Positions 24,311-36,936 of a DNA stretch of 64,000 nt are shown one piece after another. Made by a program: the position numbers and the translations under genes. How positions within the stretch are numbered: the stretch's first letter is position 1; each line of letters begins with the position of its first letter. Source of the DNA: Macrostomum lignano (lineage: Eukaryota); assembly GCA_002269645.1 (NCBI GenBank), contig NIVC01000983.1, positions 248,001 through 312,000 on the forward strand, written 5' to 3'. The notes beneath the pieces were generated by a model. The model was not told the origin of the DNA. It ran no database searches and worked only from the letters and a program-made list of their open reading frames with translations.

Positions 24311-25325
24311 ATGACCGACTCAACTGAGCAACAGCAGCCAACTCGGCCTCGCATTGACTGGTATCAAACAGACGCTTACATCTCAATCTCCGTATTCGTC
24401 AAAGGCGTTGTCAATGACAACACAGCTAGCGGAGTCATTGGAAACGATGGTTGCGAATTTTCGCTGAGCTACACAGCTCCAACTGGCTCTGCTGGCGATC
24501 CAGCCAGTTTGAGTTCGAGTTGTCTGAAGCTCAACCTAGCTCACCCGGTTGCCGGGGACAGCCTGCAGCTGAGCGTTAAGCCCACTAGGCTCGATATTCG
24601 AGTGAACAAACAGCAGCCAGGCCTCCGGTGGGGAGTTCTTGAGGGCTCCGACAGCAGCCTGCAGGCCACTCTGGCTTCTCCTCAGGCCCAGTCTGGCCAG
24701 CCAGCGCCGCCTGTCGAACAGAAACCTCCGCAACAGGTAAGTTTGAGAGCAGAGCAGCTCTAATCGCTTGTCTGGATAATATGGAAGCAGAGGTGAACAA
24801 CTCTGCTGTAGATGACTCAGAGCGCTGTTTTTTACCTGATTTCAACCCAAAATATCCACATACCAAGCTCTGACTGTTTATTAGCTCCTTATCAATTGTC
24901 AACTTTGAGTAATATGTTGTGAGTCTGCAGACTTCTGCAACTGATCTCTGAGGGTCAAAAAGTCTTGGAAGTGTTACGAATAGGGTATAGATGCTGGTAT
25001 TTATTGCAATTCGAACCCAGGATGCTTAAAAAAGCCATCCTTAAGCTGGATTTTATTTAAAAAAATGATTTCCAAACCGCAGGGCAAAAACTGGGACGCC
25101 ATTGCCAAGTCCATCGAGGATGAAAAGCTCGAAGGCGACGCGGCGCTCAACGACCTGTTTCAGAAGATCTACAGCGACGGCACAGACGAGCAGCGCAAAG
25201 CCATGGTGAAAAGCTTCACCGAGAGTGGCGGCACCGTGCTGTCAACCAACTGGCAGGATGTGAACAAAGGCAAAGTTGAGGTCAAGCCGCCCGATGGCAT
25301 GGAATACAAAAAATGGGACTCGTGA
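24311..25325 (+). CDS. SUGT1: SGT1 homolog (CS + SGS domains, no TPR visible), about 222 aa
   Basis: Exon 24311-24736 encodes the CS domain ([20 protein letters not shown]; CAG|GTAAGT donor). Exon 25083-25325 encodes the SGS domain (NWDAI...[20 protein letters not shown]...[19 protein letters not shown]...PPDGME). Confidence 0.92.
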
Positions 25326-25749
25326 ACTTCTGCCTACTCTGTCTGCTCACTGTTCAATAAGCCATATCTCATTCGCTTTTGAGAAAAACACGCGGGATTT
25401 TTTTCACCTTATCAGCTTCTTCTGTGTAAGTTGGCCCCGTGGCTGTCGTGGAAGAACCTTAGCTTATGTGTTAAGCAACATTTATCTATTGTTATCCAGT
25501 TTTGCCAATGTTGTTAATTATCGCTGACTACTTATAGTAGCTTCGTAGCTAAATACAACAACCTGGAAACAATTATGTTGGCAAATTATTCTGTCAGTGA
25601 AATTTTCTACCCTAACTATGTAAGTGAGTGCGCTGAAAAATAAATTTTATTGAACATTATTATAATTTCTGCTTGTTCCAGCTTACTTATTTTACAAGTA
25701 AAAGTGCGTTTTCGAAATTGTTTATTTTTGTGTTTAGATTTCTCATTGG

Positions 25750-27265
25750 GATCCACGTGTTTAGTGAGTCCTCCCTATTGTGATCCGTGTGTTTAGTGAG
25801 TCCTCCCCGTTGGGATCTGTGTGTTTAGTGAGTCCTCCCCGTTGGGATCTGTGTGTTTAGTGAGTCCTCCCCGTTGGGATCCGTGTGTTTAGTGAGTCCT
25901 CCCCGTTGGGATCTGTGTGTTTAGTGAGTCCTCCCCGTTGGGATCCGTGTGTTTAGTGAGTTCTCCCCGTTGGGATCTGTGTGTTTAGTGAGTCCTCCCC
26001 GTTGGGATCTGTGTGTTTAGTGAGTCCTCCCCGTTGGGATCCGTGTGTTTAGTGAGTCCTCCCCGTTGGGATCTGTGTGTTTAGTGAGTCCTCCCCGTTG
26101 GGATCCGTGTGTTTAGTGAGTCCTCCCCGTTGGGATCTGTGTGTTTAGTGAGTTCTCCCCATTGTGATCTATGTGTTTGGTGAGTCCTCCCCATTGTGAT
26201 CTGTGTTTGGTGAGTCCTCCCCATTGTGATCTGTGTTTGGTGAGTCCTCCCCATTGTGATCTGTGTGTTTAGTGAGTCCTCCCCGTTGGGATCTGTGTGT
26301 TTAGTGAGTTCTCCCCATTGTGATCTATGTGTTTGGTGAGTCCTCCCCATTGTGATCTGTGTTTGGTGAGTCCTCCCCATTGTGATCTGTGTGTTTAGTG
26401 AGTTCTCCCCATTGTGATCTATGTGTTTGGTGAGTCCTCCCCATTGTGATCTGTGTTTGGTGAGTCCTCCCCATTGTGATCTGTGTTTGGTGAGTCCTCC
26501 CCATTGTGATCTGTGTTTAGTGAGTCCTTCCTATTGGAATCCGTGTTTAGTGAGTTCTCCCCATTGTGATCTATGTGTTTGGTGAGTCCTTCCCATTGTG
26601 ATCTGTGTTTGGTGAGTCCTCCCCATTGTGATCTATGTGTTTGGTGAGTCCTCCCCATTGTGATCTGTGTTTAGTGAGTTCTCCCCATTGTGATCTATGT
26701 GTTTGGTGAGTCCTTCCCATTGTGATCTGTGTTTGGTGAGTCCTCCCCATTGTGATCTGTGTTTGGTGAGTCCTCCCCATTGTGATCCGTGTTTAGTGAG
26801 TCCTCCACATTGTGATCTGTGTTTAGTGAGTCCTCCCCATTGTGATCTGTGTTTAGTGAGTCCTCCACATTGTGATCTGTGTTTAGTGAGTCCTTCCCAT
26901 TGTGATCTGTGTTTGGTGAGTCCTCCCCATTGTGATCTGTGTTTGGTGAGTCCTCCACATTGTGATCTGTGTTTAGTGAGTCCTCCCCATTGTGATCTGT
27001 GTTTGGTGAGTCCTCCCCATTGTGATCTGTGTGTTTAGTGAGTCCTCCCCATTGTAATCTGTGTTTGGTGAGTCCTCCCCATTGTGATCTGTGTGTTTGG
27101 TGAGTCCTCCCCATTGTGATCTGTGTTTAGTGAGTCCTCCCCATTGTGATCTGTGTGTTTGGTGAGTCCTCCCCATTGTGATCTGTGTTTAGTGAGTCCT
27201 CCCCATTGTGATCTGTGTTTGGTGAGTCCTCCCCATTGTGATCTATGTGTTTGGTGAGTCCTCGT
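25750..27265. repeat. 30/32-bp minisatellite between SUGT1 and HIBCH
   Basis: Unit GTGTTT(A/G)GTGAGTCCTCCCCATTGTGATCT, about 48 copies, with a left-hand block of a CCCCGTTGGGATC variant. Confidence 0.95.
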
Positions 27266-27483
27266 TGTTGGGATCCTGAATCTTCATTGCGATTATTGTG
27301 TTTGGACTTTATAGTCATCTTTAGTCTTTATGCCTATAGACATAATTTTTATGTTTAGACTGTCTAAAGCCCTTGCCCAGCATAATGTAAAACGATGCGT
27401 TCCCCGAGAATTTCTGCTGCTACTTATAGAAGTAGTATCAGTAGTTATAATTAACTATCGCCCACCACGCCACACTAAAGCAG

Positions 27484-30400
27484 CGCTCTTTATTGAGTCG
27501 CCCATCGGCCATCCGCCGCTGCCGCGCCCTCCAGATGACGTCGGGCTCGACTCCTGCCAGTCCTGCGGCCGAGTCTCCGCCACCTGTGCTAATTAGTCGC
27601 CAAGGCCGGGCCGGCTTAATCCAGCTGAATCGACCGCGCGCACTGAACGCTCTCACCTTGCCAATGCTGACTGAGACCCTGCAGGCGCTGCACCGTTGGC
27701 AGTCAGGCCGGTGCAGACCAGATGCTGTTGATCTCATTATCATTAAGGTGTGCGGTTGGCTTTCAATTTCAATTTGATTTTTGAAGCATTGTAAAATGCG
27801 CAAACTTAACTTCTGAATATAATTACTTTCTATTCTAGATCGCAGGCAAACTAACTGAAATCAACCGTTACTCCTATTATGCATATTGCAACCATTTAAC
27901 TACTAACCCTTCAAGTCCTAACCGTTTAACTCCCAACCCTTCACCTACCAAGTCTTCAATTTGCAAACCTTCAAATCCCAACCCTTCAATTCACAACCCT
28001 TCAATTCACAACCCTACAAATTCCAACCCTTCAAATTCCAACCCTTCAAATTCCAACCCTTCAATTCACAACCCTACAAATCCCAACCCTACAAATCCTA
28101 ACCCTTCAAATCCCAACCCTACAAATCCCAACCCTTCTTTCACGACCCTTTAAATCCCAACCATTAATTTCACAACCCTTCAAATCCCAACCATTAATTT
28201 CACAACCCTTCAAATCCCAACCATTAATTTCACAACCCTTCAAATCCCAATCCTTCTAATCCCAACCATACAAATCCCAACCCTACAAATCCCAACCCCA
28301 CAAATCCCAACCCTACAAATCCCAACCCTACGAATCCCAATCCTAAAAATCCCAACCCTTCATTTCACAACCCTTCACTACCCAACCCTTCAAATCCCAA
28401 CTCTACAAATCCCGACTTTTAATTTCACAACCCTTCACATCCCGACCCTTCAAATCCCAACCCTTCACATCCCGACCCTTCAAATCCCAACCCTTCACAT
28501 CCCAACCCTTCAAATCCCAACTCTACAAATCCCGACCCTTCATTTCACAACCCTTCAGTACCCAGCCTTTTCGCTCCAAACCATTCAACTCTAAACCCTT
28601 CAAATCCCAACCCTTTGTCTCGTAAACCTTCAACTCCTAACCCTCCAAGTAAACGGTAAAGTAGGAAACAGCAAAGTAGTAGTCGTTTACTTTGTAAAGT
28701 AAACAGCCAATGCAAGTCCTCTCTCCACACTAAAAACTGCTCACAGGGTTGCACTCGCTCGGGTTCAACCCGCCGCCCCGTGTTCTGCGCCGGCGGCGAC
28801 GTCCGAGCCGTGGCCGCGGCAGCTCGGCTCAGCCGCAGTCGCCGCCGTCAGCTCCACCTCGCTACTGCTGGCCTCGACCAACAAGTTGACAACAACTGCG
28901 GCAGCAATCCTAGTGAGTTTTTCCGAGTGGAATTCCAGCTGAATCATGCCATCGGGTTGTCGGCGTTGAACTTGTCGCAGTTGCCGCCGGGTTGGTCGCC
29001 GTATCAACCGTTTGTAGCTCTGATGGATGGCATTGTGATGGGCGGCGGCGCCGGCGTGTCCGTGAGTGTCGTGAAGGTTGTTTTGCATGTCTAAACCACA
29101 GATACTAGAATAACAAATGGGCCACTCAGGCATGTACACTTGGCAAAACAGCTTTCTACTTTCAGTTCAGTAGCAAATAAGAATACATAAGCTATTATAT
29201 AAGAATATAAGGCAGCTGAAATGACTTTGATAAATTTAGAAGCCCAAGCTTGCAGACGTTAAAGCTTTGCTAATTGGTTCAGCAATAATGTACATTGGCC
29301 AGTCTACTGAAATGTACATGCCAGATTTAGGCTGGAACAACCGAGGAGGACAATAAAAATTGGGTGATGGGGAAAGTGTGGAGGTTCTGTTGGGAGTTGA
29401 AGGTTTACGCTTGTAGGTGGGGTAAGAGCCAGTAAATAAGCCTTGTTTTTATAAATACATTAAAATGCTTTAGTTTAACTTGCTACTGAACTGAAAGTAG
29501 CTGGCACGCTAATGTGCTGAGTGGCCCATCTGGTTATTTTAGTACGGTATCTGTGGTCTGGACTGAGTTGCTGATTAAGGATACGGAATCTAGATACGTA
29601 TTCGTGGCCTATTATAGTATATTAATAGCCTCAGCAGTGCCGAAATTGGTCACACAAGCTTCGGAGAAACAAGGGTTGCCAAAATATAAATCCAAAAGCT
29701 CTTACGAGCTAGTAGCCTTACAAAGACGTATAAAAATATCTTTGACTTCCACTGATGAAAGAAAGAAAAAAGATGTTTCAAAGCAGAAATATTCATTTAG
29801 TGTGTAACGCCCGAGACAGGCATCTGGTAATCGGGACTGCTCATTCGATTAACGAACCAGAATGGGCCGTATTAAATTAGCTGTTATGGCTACTCGTACA
29901 ATAGTAGTATGAGTGGTTTCACGAGTGAGGCTGTACAATATTATAGGGATCTGAAGCCTTAGTCTCAGGCCTCAGTCTCCGGTGAGGTGGGGGTCCCTTT
30001 AAAACTTGTTTATTTTGATTATTCATTCCTATTTATAACTTGATTAACATTGGCAGGTGAACGGCAGCCACCGCGTAGCAACCGAGCACACCCTATTCGC
30101 TATGCCCGAAGCCGCCATCGGCTTTTTTCCTGACGTTGGCGGCGGTCATTTTCTTGGCCGACTGCCCGGTGAGCTGGGCACCTTTCTGGCTCTGACCGGC
30201 CACCGATTAGCTGGCCGAGATGTCCGCGCCTGCGGCATTGCTACGCATTTTGTCCGGTCGGACCTGCTGTCGGAGCTGGAGGACCGGCTCTGCCACGGCT
30301 GCTGGCCTTCAGGATCGGGTAGGTCTCTTGTTCATGATCGATTTGTAGGATTCTAATCCCTAAGATTGGATCCTAATTCTTCCCGCAGGCCCAGATTCGC

Positions 30401-31052
30401 ATTCCAGAGTTTCGGCCATCCTTGACGAGTTCGAATCTCGCAGCAGCGACAGCGGCTCAAGGTCGTCATCAAGTGCTCGGGACTCCGCCGCAGGCTGGTC
30501 CCTGTCGCCGCACCTGGCTGAAATCGACGCTCATTTTAGTCGCTGTAGCGTGTCGGAAATCTTGTCCAGCCTCGCAGCTGCCGCTCCATCGTCGCAGTTC
30601 GCCGCCAATCAGCTGTCAGCCATGCGGGCCGCGTCGCCGACCTCTCTGGCGGTCAGCCTGCGCCAGATTCGGCGTTGCCGGCGCTTAGGCGACAGTCTGG
30701 CTCGGGTGCTGCGGCTGGAGTACCGGCTAGCTGTTCGGCTGGTTGACGGCAATGAACAAGACGGCGAGGGCGACGGCGACTCTGGCGACTTTCTTGAAGG
30801 TGTTCGCGCCGCTCTGGATGACAAAGGCCGCGGCCAACCGCCTAAATGGCGCCCGGCCAGCGTGGCCGAGATAACGGAAGCTCAACTGGAGAAATACTTT
30901 CGGCCGTTGCCGCCCGGACAGGAGTTGACGTTCGCTTTGCCTAGCGACGGCTTATGCGGCGGCGATGCATTGGAGATTGACGCTGATTGCGACATCGCTC
31001 CTGCAGAGCAGCAGCTGCTGGGCGATGGTCGTGGAGCTGATGGTGGCCGGTT

Positions 31053-31056
<4 letters not shown>
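27484..31056 (+). CDS. HIBCH: 3-hydroxyisobutyryl-CoA hydrolase, mitochondrial (start codon unresolved)
   Basis: Exons about 27484-27747, 28747-29061, 30057-30318 and 30389-31056, phase-consistent. Motifs: [85 protein letters not shown]...PKWRP. Confidence 0.92.
27900..28630. repeat. 15-bp minisatellite (HIBCH intron)
   Basis: Unit AAATCCCAACCCTTC and variants, about 45 copies. Confidence 0.9.
29097..29555. mobile_element. hAT-like MITE (CACAGATAC TIR family) in HIBCH intron
   Basis: TIR CACAGATACTAGAATAAC ... GTTATTTTAGTACGGTATCTGTG; decayed 8-bp TSD GTCTAAAC/GTCTGGAC. Inverted homologous copy at 58600-59045. Confidence 0.75.
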
Positions 31057-31133
<77 letters not shown>

Positions 31134-31153
31134 TAGATAGATAGATAAACAGA
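31055..31153. repeat. (AGAC)n(AGAT)n microsatellite starting at the HIBCH stop codon
   Basis: About 19 AGAC units followed by AGAT units. Confidence 0.95.
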
Positions 31154-31604
31154 CAGGCACAGGTACTTAGAAGTCCTCTGTGTGTCTACATCAAGGTCTC
31201 GTGTGTACGAATATACCATTCCATTGTTTGAATCATATTCCATATTTTAATTGTCGGTGCTACAAAGTCGATAGCAACAAAAATTAGGAGCCGATGATTT
31301 TTCTCTGTTTTACTATCTGCAGCGCAGATTATACCCTTGAGCTGCATTACTCTATTCGTCATCAATGATTTGCCTGTTTTGTTGCTTCCTGTGATGTGTT
31401 GTAATTTTGCTCTTTTGAGACAGTTTTAATAAATTACTTTTGTTTTGTAATAGTAACAATGTAACTATTATTGACATTATTGCATTTTTGTGCTTTATAT
31501 AGGGGGTTACTGTTTTCACAAATATTTGTTATAATTTATACATTTATATTTTTAATCTAATTTTAATTTATAATGGTTCCTAGTATGGACCAAAAATTCT
31601 TAGA

Positions 31605-31890
31605 ATTGCCCCAAAGCTGCTCTTCCTCTAAGCCGCTCTTAGAATCACCCTTAAGCCGCTCTTAGAATCGCCCCTAAGCCTTTCCTAGAATCGCCCCTAA
31701 GCCGTTCTTAGAATCGCCCCTAAGCCGTTCTTAGAATCGCCCCTAAGCCGTTCCTAGAATCGCCCCTAAGCCTTTCCTAGAATCGCCCCTAAGCCGTTCC
31801 TAGGATCGCCCCTAAGCCGTTCCTAGAATCGCCCCTGAGCCGTTCTTAGAATCGCCCCTGAGCCGTTCTTAGAATCGCCCTTAAGCCGCT
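31605..31890. repeat. 23-bp minisatellite directly upstream of MRPL22
   Basis: Unit CTAGAATCGCCCCTAAGCCGTTC, about 12 copies. Confidence 0.9.
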
Positions 31891-31944
31891 CCTAGCCATC
31901 CGTAGATCAGTCGGCCCCAACTCGCCACTACAGCCGCGTCCGCC

Positions 31945-34252
31945 ATGCTGCTCTGTTCGCTGCTCTCCCGTCTGTCGTTTTCCACCGCCGCTGGCCGCCG
32001 CAGCCTTTGCACAGCCTTCCGCTCCCATCGTTTCGAGACGCAGGCCCCGGCCGACAAGCAAACAGTCGACGACATCGACGTTGACGGCTACGATCTGAGC
32101 CTGTCCGGCGAAGTCAACGGCGACATGCCCACCGGGCGGATGCAGCAGCGAATTCTCACTGGCGAACTGCTACATCACTCGCGCGACGGCGTCGCAAAAA
32201 AGTTGGGCGGCTCGGCTGGACCGACAGGCGACTACGAGGCGTCTTACCATGTCCGGCTGCCGCGGCGTGCGCGAGTACGAGCTGCCCCGCACAGTGGCCA
32301 GCGATTTCCTGCGCTTCAACACCGTCGTTTATCCGCCACAAATCGGCGAGGACAGCGACGAGGAGCGTCGGCCTGCCGAGACCTGCGTAGAGGTTGGCAA
32401 GATTGCCATCGATCGCAAAGCGCTGCTTCTGTTTTGCATTGCTGTCCAGGTGAGTTTGCTTGGATTCTTCTTGCAATCTTTGCAATAATCCGAATCGATT
32501 TCTTATAAAGTGCATTTAAAAAACTTAATTAAGCGCCCCATAACCAGTGGTGGTTGAGGCAATTCTGCCCCTTTTCCGCAACTCCTTAGCACATACAAGC
32601 GCTCTCACAGGGGGTGTACAGCAGCCATTGGACTTTCTAATCGATTAGGCATGTACACTCCCTGGGCCAATAACGTTCCTGACATAGTGATGTCAGAAAT
32701 CACACCGTCTCCTCCAAAATCACTTCGAATTCTTGAAGCAAATTAGAAACACTAGACTAGAAATGCTATTGAATTCACTCTCTGGTTGAATTCCTAGATA
32801 CGAACTTATATGCATCTATTTCCTAGAAACGCCAGAAACTTCTACAAAAAAGCATTAAATTTTTATAAGCAATCATCGATTTCCTAGAAAAAAGACATTG
32901 AATTCCTAGAAACACATTGAATTCTTAGAAAAGCTTCCATTTCCTGGAAACAACGACTTACGGACGTTTCCCCTCCGGCGATTCCCCCTTGAGGAGTGAG
33001 GACAGACCCTTTCCAGCGCTTCCCCTCCGGCGTTTCCCCTCGAAATGAAAATTGACATGAAAGTGGAAGTGGCTGTATGGCTGTGAGTGGCTGCTGTGAC
33101 AAACTGTAAAAATCATGACAAATTTATCATAACTTACGACGTAACAAGCAATAATCGAACAAATTGCGAAGAAAAGTTCGTTCAGTTGTTTTGGTTCCAC
33201 AGTTGGTTTAGGCGCCGTAAGAATAGGCAAACCGCACAGGTAGGTGAGCAGTGGATGATCCGAGTCCTCCACTGCCAAACTCCAGCCAGGTGTGCCTTCC
33301 GCATCTTGCGCCGGGCGGTCGGCGCTGCACCAGCCTGCAGGCCGTTGATCAAACCGGAAGCGCCGGAGGAGAAGTGACGAAGGTCCTCAAGGCGAATCGC
33401 CGGAGGGGAAGCACCGGAGGGAAAACGCCGGAGGGGAAGCACCGGAGGGGAAGCACCGGAGGGAAAACGCCGAGGGAAAACGCCGGAGGGGAAGCACCGG
33501 AGGGAAGCACCGGAGGGAAAACGCCGGAGGGAAGCACCGGAGGGGAAGCACCGGAGGGGAAGCACCGGAGGGAAAACGCCGGAGGGGAAGCACCGGAGGG
33601 GAAGCACCGGAGGGAAAACGCCGGAGGGGAAGCACCGGAGGGAAAACGCCGGAGGGGAAGCACCGGAGAAGCACCGGAGGGGAAGCACCGGAGGGAAAAC
33701 GCCGGAGGGGAAGCACCGGAGGGGAAATGTCCGGTAGCCGGAAACATCAATTTCCTAGAAGCAGCATAGTTTTTTATACCCAGCGCTTATCCTAGAACTG
33801 CAGACTCTCATTGCCGGAACTCCTTGTAGGGCATGTCTGTGCAGCCGGCGCTGAACAAGCTCCGCCTGCTGTCCGAGCGGCCCGACGGCAAGCGAATCTG
33901 GCGCAAATTCGGCCATCTGGCGCCGCTGTGCCTGACGCAGGCCATCGAGGCCGGGGTTCGCCAGATGACCTACGAAGAGTCTGTAGAATTCGAATCGGAA
34001 ATGTGGATCGAATCGGCCCGGGTTAGTCGGGACGGCAGCTACACTGTGTTGCGCAAGAACGCCCGTTGGAATATGCTGCCACTACAAGCGGCCTACAGCA
34101 AGCTGCAGGTTCGAATTCGCGAGGGCAAGCCGCCGAAGTACTATCATCCGCATACGCTGCCCAGCCAGATAAATGGCTGGCTGCCCAATGCCGAGATTAT
34201 GCAGAGCGAAATCGACCGGCTGCGAGCTTTGCGAATCTATCGGCAGATGTAA
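31945..34252 (+). CDS. MRPL22: Mitochondrial ribosomal protein uL22m (apparent 1-nt frameshift in exon 1)
   Basis: Exons 31945-32449 and 33830-34252. FNTVVYPPQIGE...RRPAE and VQ|GMSVQPAL match MRPL22 (KIVYPPQLPGEPRRPAE, IRGMSIDQAL); also SEMWIESA and KLQVRIREGKPP. The Arg/Ser/Leu-rich presequence is in a different frame from the conserved core; deleting one A of the A6 run at 32196-32201 joins them (308 aa). Confidence 0.82.
32961..33733. mobile_element. TIR element (MITE-like) in the MRPL22 intron with an expanded subterminal 14-bp repeat
   Basis: Left end CGGACGTTTCCCCTCCGGCG; right end reverse-complemented CGGACATTTCCCCTCCGGTG. TSD not resolved. The array CCGGAGGG(G)AA(GCA/AACG) fills 33400-33730. 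Confidence 0.55.
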
Positions 34253-34469
34253 ACATTTAGCGACTGTGCCTGGCTTGTTTGAGCAAATATGTTTAAGTAA
34301 ATACAAGTAAATAAATGCAACTCATTTCTTGTTGGCCATTGCGCGCGGCACTTTTTAAAACTATCAGTGTTGCTTGCATTTTCTAAAATTAAAATCATCT
34401 TTTATTTAATGTCTTTTCTGGGCTTTTTTCTTTTGGATTCGCACAAATTTTAGGTCTTAAAATTTGCAG

Positions 34470-35150
34470 TTTGCGGTCTCAATCCTCAGGGATCGTTCAG
34501 TGATTTTGCATCCTCAATCCTCAGGAATCATTCAGTGAGGTTGCGGTCTCAATCCTCAGAGATCATTCAGTGTCAGTGAGTTTGCGGTCTCAATCCTCAG
34601 AGATCATTCAGTGTCAGTGAGTTTCCGGTCTCAATCCTCAGGGATCATTCAGTGAGTTTGCGGTCTCAATCCTCAGGGATCATAAGTGAGCTTGCGGTCT
34701 CAATCCTCGGGGATCATTCAGTGAGTTTTGGTCTCAATCCTCAGGGATCATTCGGTGAGATTGCGGTCTCAATCCTCAGGGATCATTCAGTGAGTTTTGC
34801 GTCTCAATCCTCAGGATCATCATTCAGTGAGTTTTGGTCTCAATCCTCAGGATCATTCAGTGTCAGTTTGGTCTCAATCCTCAGGGATCATTCAGTGTCA
34901 GTGAGTTTGCGGTCTCAATCCTCAGGGATCATTCAGTGAGTTTGCGGTCTCAATCCTCAGGGATCATAAGTGAGCTTGCGGTCTCAATCCTCGGGGATCA
35001 TTCAGTGAGTTTTGGTCTCAATCCTCAGGGATCATTCGGTGAGATTGCGGTCTCAATCCTCAGGGATCATTCAGTGAGATTGCGGTTTCAATCCTCAAGG
35101 AATCATTCAGTGAGATTGCAGTTTCAATCCTCAAGGATCATTCGGTGAAT
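34470..35150. repeat. 35-bp minisatellite downstream of MRPL22
   Basis: Unit GCGGTCTCAATCCTCAGGGATCATTCAGTGAGTTT, about 18 copies. Confidence 0.93.
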
Positions 35151-35684
35151 TTTTCAGCCATTCTTATATCCATGGTCGGACTACTCACACGCACGACTGC
35201 ACTCTGTTACACTTCAGCAGAAATGTAATATCTTCTGCATTTCTGCTTTTAAGCGTTGAGGCCATTGAGCGTAACAAAATTGCGAACAGAACTTTAAGTA
35301 TTCTTTCTTTCACAGCTATTGAAATTCAAAACCCCCACAGTTCTTGAAGTGGAAACTTGAGCCGGCAATGCAGGGGTGGGGTTCTCAGAGAGTGACTCAG
35401 CTGGGGAAACCGCTGAGTGGGGGGGGGGCTCTGCCGTCCTCTGTAAAGCGGCGCAACGATCGTGACAGAGCGTTTGCATGCGCCAGTTGGCGTTACGTTG
35501 CGTACTGACATGCTGTTTACACTACCCCACCGCCCTACTCTGGAACAGGATTTTGATCCAAGGATCTTTAGAATTTTGCATTTTTGCCATTTGGTATGGA
35601 AGCCAAATCGCATGAAACTTCATAGCTCGACAACAACAACAACAACAACGCAACGCAGGCAGTTACATACCGACGGGTTCGAGC

Positions 35685-36049
35685 CAAGGACCACTGTTAC
35701 TGTAGTATAACAGGACGGTAAACTCAATGATAATGTGATTTTTAGGCCAATTTCTCTGTAAAAAATACACCGCGGAAATAAAAATAATCGTTGTCTCATC
35801 ACAAAATTAATGATTCGATTTCATCTGAGGCAGCAAAGATTACCATTCTTTTAATTTCGCATGCACAACATTTTACTCTGTTGTAGCTGTGTTGTTATAT
35901 AGCTCTGTAGTGAAATTTTTATTTCCAATGATGTTTCCTATCTCCTCTGTATTTTTCTAGGAAATTGACCTCCAAAAATTATACCATCTATAATATATAC
36001 CATCTTTCAGTTTTTACGAGCTACGTCCTGTTATACTACTTGGTCCTTG
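35685..36049. mobile_element. P-element-type MITE (365 bp)
   Basis: TIR CAAGGACCA...GTAGTATAACAGGACG and CGTCCTGTTATACTACTTGGTCCTTG; perfect 8-bp TSD GTTCGAGC (35677-35684 and 36050-36057). Confidence 0.88.
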
Positions 36050-36936
36050 GTTCGAGCCTGGGCCGCAAATAGAATTCGGCTAGGTCATAACTTAAACTCG
36101 AATATGTGAAATTTGGATCGGAGGCCGGAGCTTGTGAAAGCGAGCCACGATACCTCAGGTTATTTTAACCGATGCTTAATATCCGTGCTGTCATAATGAA
36201 ACCAATTCCGAGTGGGCACATTTGTCGAAACTCTAATCCGAATGCTAGCTTCAGGAAGTCCTTGGCCGGTTCCGCATGCTTGCACACAGAGCTATTGCAG
36301 GACCGGAGCTTCTGGAGCACCAACCTGTCCTGCCCCCCATACGCAGCTATGCGCAATGGATTTAGTGAGTAAAAACCGTGACGCAGCATTGGAAACTCTC
36401 CCTCTCTCTCAGCTATGCAATGGCTAGCTAGTTTGAAAAATTAAAGTTAGAAACAACTGTCCGTTCCCCGAACCGCTCCTACTCCCCTCTCTCAACTTGC
36501 GAGCTGTGATCTCCGCGCCTGAAACCATACCCCGCGGCTGAAGTATCAGCCCTGCCGCAATGCATTTCTCCCCGACTCTGTTATGCATGCAGCGCCGCGA
36601 TCTTTTTAACTGCGCTCAGCTGAGGAGAATTTCCACGTTGTATAATCGACCCGGATGCAAAAAAACAGCCCACCCCCTGCACCTACACCCGGCCGGCTTC
36701 TTTCTCCCCTTCCTTCTCCCCCAACAACAGTTGTGAGCTATTGTTCTCCCCTCCAGGGCTGTTTTACTATACGCGGTGCGTATTAAAAAACTTCGAGAGT
36801 CGCGTATTTAGTGACACGTCATCTTAATCGTATACCCTCCGATAGTATAAGAGGACCTTTGAAGCTTGCATTTAGAGGACCCAACGTCATCCCGTTAAAG
36901 GAGTTTGTATTTTCATAATTCCTAAGTCAACAAATC

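Noticed and set aside
25750-27265. Regularly spaced repeats of about 30 bp resembling a CRISPR array (also 53625-54352 and 62628-63468)
   Set aside because: The units are head-to-tail with no unique spacers, there are no cas genes, and the context is eukaryotic.
32196-32202. A_AAA_AAG heptamer in MRPL22 as a programmed -1 frameshift site
   Set aside because: A -1 shift leads to the wrong frame; restoring MRPL22 needs +1 (or -2).
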